In this document: positions 60,509-64,000 of the stretch, piece after piece
Position numbering within the stretch: position 1 is the first letter of the stretch
How the letters are laid out: every line of letters begins with the position of its first letter
Source: Octopus vulgaris
Lineage: Eukaryota
DNA: 64,000 nt
Reading direction: 5' to 3'
Assembly (NCBI GenBank): GCA_951406725.2
Contig: OX597821.1
Span: 9,238,001-9,302,000, forward strand
Made by a program: the position numbers and the translations under genes
The notes under the pieces: model-generated
The model's input: only the letters and a program-made list of their open reading frames with translations
The model's database searches: none
What the model was told of the DNA's origin: nothing

Positions 60509-61568
60509 GTTAAAAATAGTATAGCCACAGAAAATTGGCTGATGATTTATAGATGTCTATGTAAGTAAAACTACATATTACATTAGTAATGAAACGATTG
60601 TTCAGGGTCAATCCTTTTCTTCCTTATGTTTCACTTACCTTCCGTTAAATGTAATGTTATTTCTACTTGGAAACATCTTTTCTGTGGCTATACTAACGGA
60701 ACTATTTTTAGCACTAGAGCTATCCACATAGTGGTAACTCTCTAATAATTTATGTATAAATTTGTATTATCTCCCTAGTCTTATGTGCTAAGCCACTTGG
60801 TGTTAAATTAATGGTATTATTAAATTAATATCAATTTTTCACCCTCATTTGTATATATATATATATATATATATATTATGTGTGCATATGTACGTATATG
60901 ATTATAGAATGTGATGTGTATCCCCATTATATAACCAAGGATTGGAGTGATTGATTGATTAATCAGTTAATTAATTAATTACTTAATTATTGGGTTGGCT
61001 ATTTAATAAGTGATTGAAGGTATTTAATCTAGAGTTACTTTCCTTCGCTCCCTTCGTTTTATTTATATAGAAAAAAAAGAATCCCCCAACTCCACCATAT
61101 CTCTTAAATATAACAGTAAAAGTAATTGGATAAATATATGAATGGATAGATAAATTTAAGGATTAAATAACTAAAGAGTTTATTAATCAAGTGACTGAAC
61201 AATATTACATGGAATCTTGCATTTGGAAGATGGAATCTTGCATTGGAAACAATTTGTCAGATATAATAGATTTTCAAAATATTTTTAACGATAATGATGT
61301 TTTGATGTTTCGATGTCTTGTCCCTTGTTTGTGTTTGATCCAAGTGGTTTCCGGGATGTATTTTAACCATATAGTATCCATAATAATTAGTAAATATATC
61401 AATGATTCACATAGTTAGACATATATATATAATATTATGTATTGTTTTTTTTAATAAATTTGTAGCAACTTCTCTCTCATATGTATTATATTAAAATAAT
61501 ATCCCCTTAGTATATCACTATAACCCTAAATTCATACATACATAGAAACATACATACATACATATATG

Positions 61569-61632
<64 letters not shown>

Positions 61633-61789
61633 CGTATATTTGCCATCTCAATATGGCTACCCCTAGGGTGGATGCTACTGTAGTTTTTAGCCCCAGGAGG
61701 ACACACTCCTCCAGCTGGCCATAGACACACTTTCTGTGTCCTGTCAGTATTTGCAAGGAAGTCATCCTTCCCGTCTTCAACTTATGATA

Positions 61790-61834
61790 CACACGGACTC
61801 GAGTTTCGAGGTATTGACCTCTCGTCAGCGTGTG
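61790..61834 (-). ncRNA. Canonical minimal type I hammerhead ribozyme
   Basis: CACACG-CUGACGA-GAGGU(CAAU)ACCUC-GAAA-C(UCGA)G-UC^CGUGUG: 6-bp stem I, 5-bp stem II, palindromic stem III, GUC triplet. Confidence 0.9.
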
Positions 61835-61864
61835 ACAATCATAGTTGTCGGCAACTATGATTGT

Positions 61865-61909
61865 CACACGCTGACGAGAGGTCAATACCTAGAAACTCGA
61901 GTCCGTGTG
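61865..61909 (+). ncRNA. Second copy of the same hammerhead with a C>A change at the base of stem II
   Basis: CACACG-CUGACGA-GAGGU(CAAU)ACCUA-GAAA-CUCGAG-UC^CGUGUG. Confidence 0.8.
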
Positions 61910-62184
61910 TATCATAAGTTGAAGACGGGAAGGATGACTTCCTTTGCAAATACTGACAGGACACAGAAAGTGTGTCTATGGCCAGCTGGAGGAGTGTGTC
62001 CTCCTGGGGCTAAAAACTACAGTAGCATCCACCCTTAGGGGTAGCCATATTGAGATGGCAAATATACGTCACGATGTGTTACCGCTACTGTATATAACTC
62101 ACTTTGATATTTATCATTGTTATATATATATACATATATATATATTTATGTGTGTGTGTGTATGTGTGCATGAGTGTGTGTATG

Positions 62185-62216
<32 letters not shown>

Positions 62217-62570
62217 TGTATGCATGAATTCACCTACATGAACTCAACTACATTTTGTTTTGTTTCAAATTTGTTTTACTTCATCGTTATCAAATAACTA
62301 ACCATAACTGAGGCAAAGCAATTCAAAACAATTGATGACCAATTAGATCGAGTAACTGAACTAAAATAACCTCCCCCCCACTTCTAGCAAGATTTCAACT
62401 ACTGCATAAAGTAAACAATAACGGAGAAATAAACATATCACGTTTATATGAAAATATATATAAGTGTGTGTATTATTGTTATAATTGTAATGATACAGAC
62501 TACTGCACTTATCCTCCCTTCTAAACACATATAATGCGTATGTACCTATGAGTGTGCCTGAGCGCAAATA

Positions 62571-62607
<37 letters not shown>

Positions 62608-62615
<8 letters not shown>

Positions 62616-62731
62616 GAAGGAGCTTCTACAGGACTAGAACTGTTTCATTCAAGAGAAATCTTCAGGAAGATTTCTGAAGATTTCTCTTGAATGAAACAGT
62701 TCTAGTCCTGTAGAAGCTCCTTCTATATAAT
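62608..62731. repeat. 124-bp palindrome whose arms start at a hammerhead-like core
   Basis: Perfect ~58-bp arms; each reads CUGAAGA-UUUC(UCUU)GAAU-GAAA-CAGUUCUAG-UC outward from an 8-nt loop. Confidence 0.8.
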
Positions 62732-62801
62732 AAATTAATATTACTCTGCTATGTATTGAGTACCTTATTTACTGTGGTTAACCCCGAATCAACCCGGGAC
62801 C

Positions 62802-62860
<59 letters not shown>

Positions 62861-62973
62861 CGATGATCCGGTTCTTGACTGAAGACTGAGGGTTTCGAGT
62901 GTCCTGTCCGTGTTTATTGTGTCGTCTTCTAAGAGTTACACGTTCTTGTCCATGTTGTATTTTTCTACATACC

Positions 62974-63374
<401 letters not shown>

Positions 63375-63387
63375 TATGATGATGGTG

Positions 63388-63422
<35 letters not shown>

Positions 63423-63614
63423 CGTGTGTGTGTGTGTCTGTCTGTCTGTATGTGTGTATATATATGTATGCTTCTCATGTATATGCAGTTTCGTTTTTGC
63501 ATAACTGAACTAACTTTAAGATATATTGATTTTATAAATTACAATATTACTCCTCATATAACTTTTCTCATACCTCTATTTATATTTTATCTAATATGAA
63601 TAGTATAATACATC

Positions 63615-63709
<95 letters not shown>

Positions 63710-64000
63710 GGCATCTCAAGGCGGTTACAATACCAGTGATCGTAGGAGCACTAGGAATGATCAAGAAGGGAACCGAAAATTATATGAGAATGATCCCTGG
63801 CTTACCATCCCTGCAAGAAGTGCAAAAGATTGTCTTAACTGGTACATCACACGTATTGAGAAGAGCATTGTCGATGTGAGAACTGTTGCTGCTCATGTAT
63901 TTTAATTTAACTTAAAAAAAAAAATTTTAAAAAATGAACTATTGAGTTTGGTTTAATGGCCTACCAATGTATACTATGAGTTTCTTTGCCCTAGGGGTCG
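63710..64000 (+). mobile_element. Dong/R4 3' fragment directly after (TAA)n
   Basis: IPVIVGALGMIKKG..IPGLPSLQEVQKIVLTGTSHVLRRALS* C-terminus. Confidence 0.8.

Larger units (their letters stand above)
61629..62072. repeat. 444-bp near-perfect palindrome (3 arm differences, 4-nt loop) carrying two divergent hammerheads
   Basis: Arms 61629-61847 and 61852-62072, apex GTTG-TCGG-CAAC. Confidence 0.95.

Noticed and set aside
61532-62297. Mirror-image ORFs on both strands
   Set aside because: Consequence of the palindrome; no protein motifs.

Overview
AT-rich, microsatellite-dense animal DNA; the repeat mix (tRNA-derived SINEs, RTE, CR1, Dong/R4, Penelope-like elements, Helitrons, abundant (TA)n/(CA)n/(TAA)n) suggests an octopus or other coleoid cephalopod, by inference only. 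Almost all ORFs in the supplied track are microsatellite or antisense artefacts. Three signals stand out. (1) Two tandem, + strand, decayed M13 (neprilysin/ECE-like) metallopeptidase genes can be reconstructed exon by exon (about 2.0-17.2 kb and about 36.1-50 kb). The first has three paralogous frame-preserving micro-exons upstream and lacks the catalytic exons exactly where a ribozyme-bearing element sits. (2) Minimal type I hammerhead ribozymes (CUGANGA-stem II-GAAA-short, mostly palindromic stem III-UH) occur in small Penelope/retrozyme-like units; four are well formed and several more are degenerate. One repeat unit starts 3 nt from its predicted cleavage site, and three loci form head-to-head ribozyme foldbacks. 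(3) Dong/R4 elements are associated with (TAA)n runs, and the SINEs are modular. All calls come from manual reading and need alignment-based confirmation.
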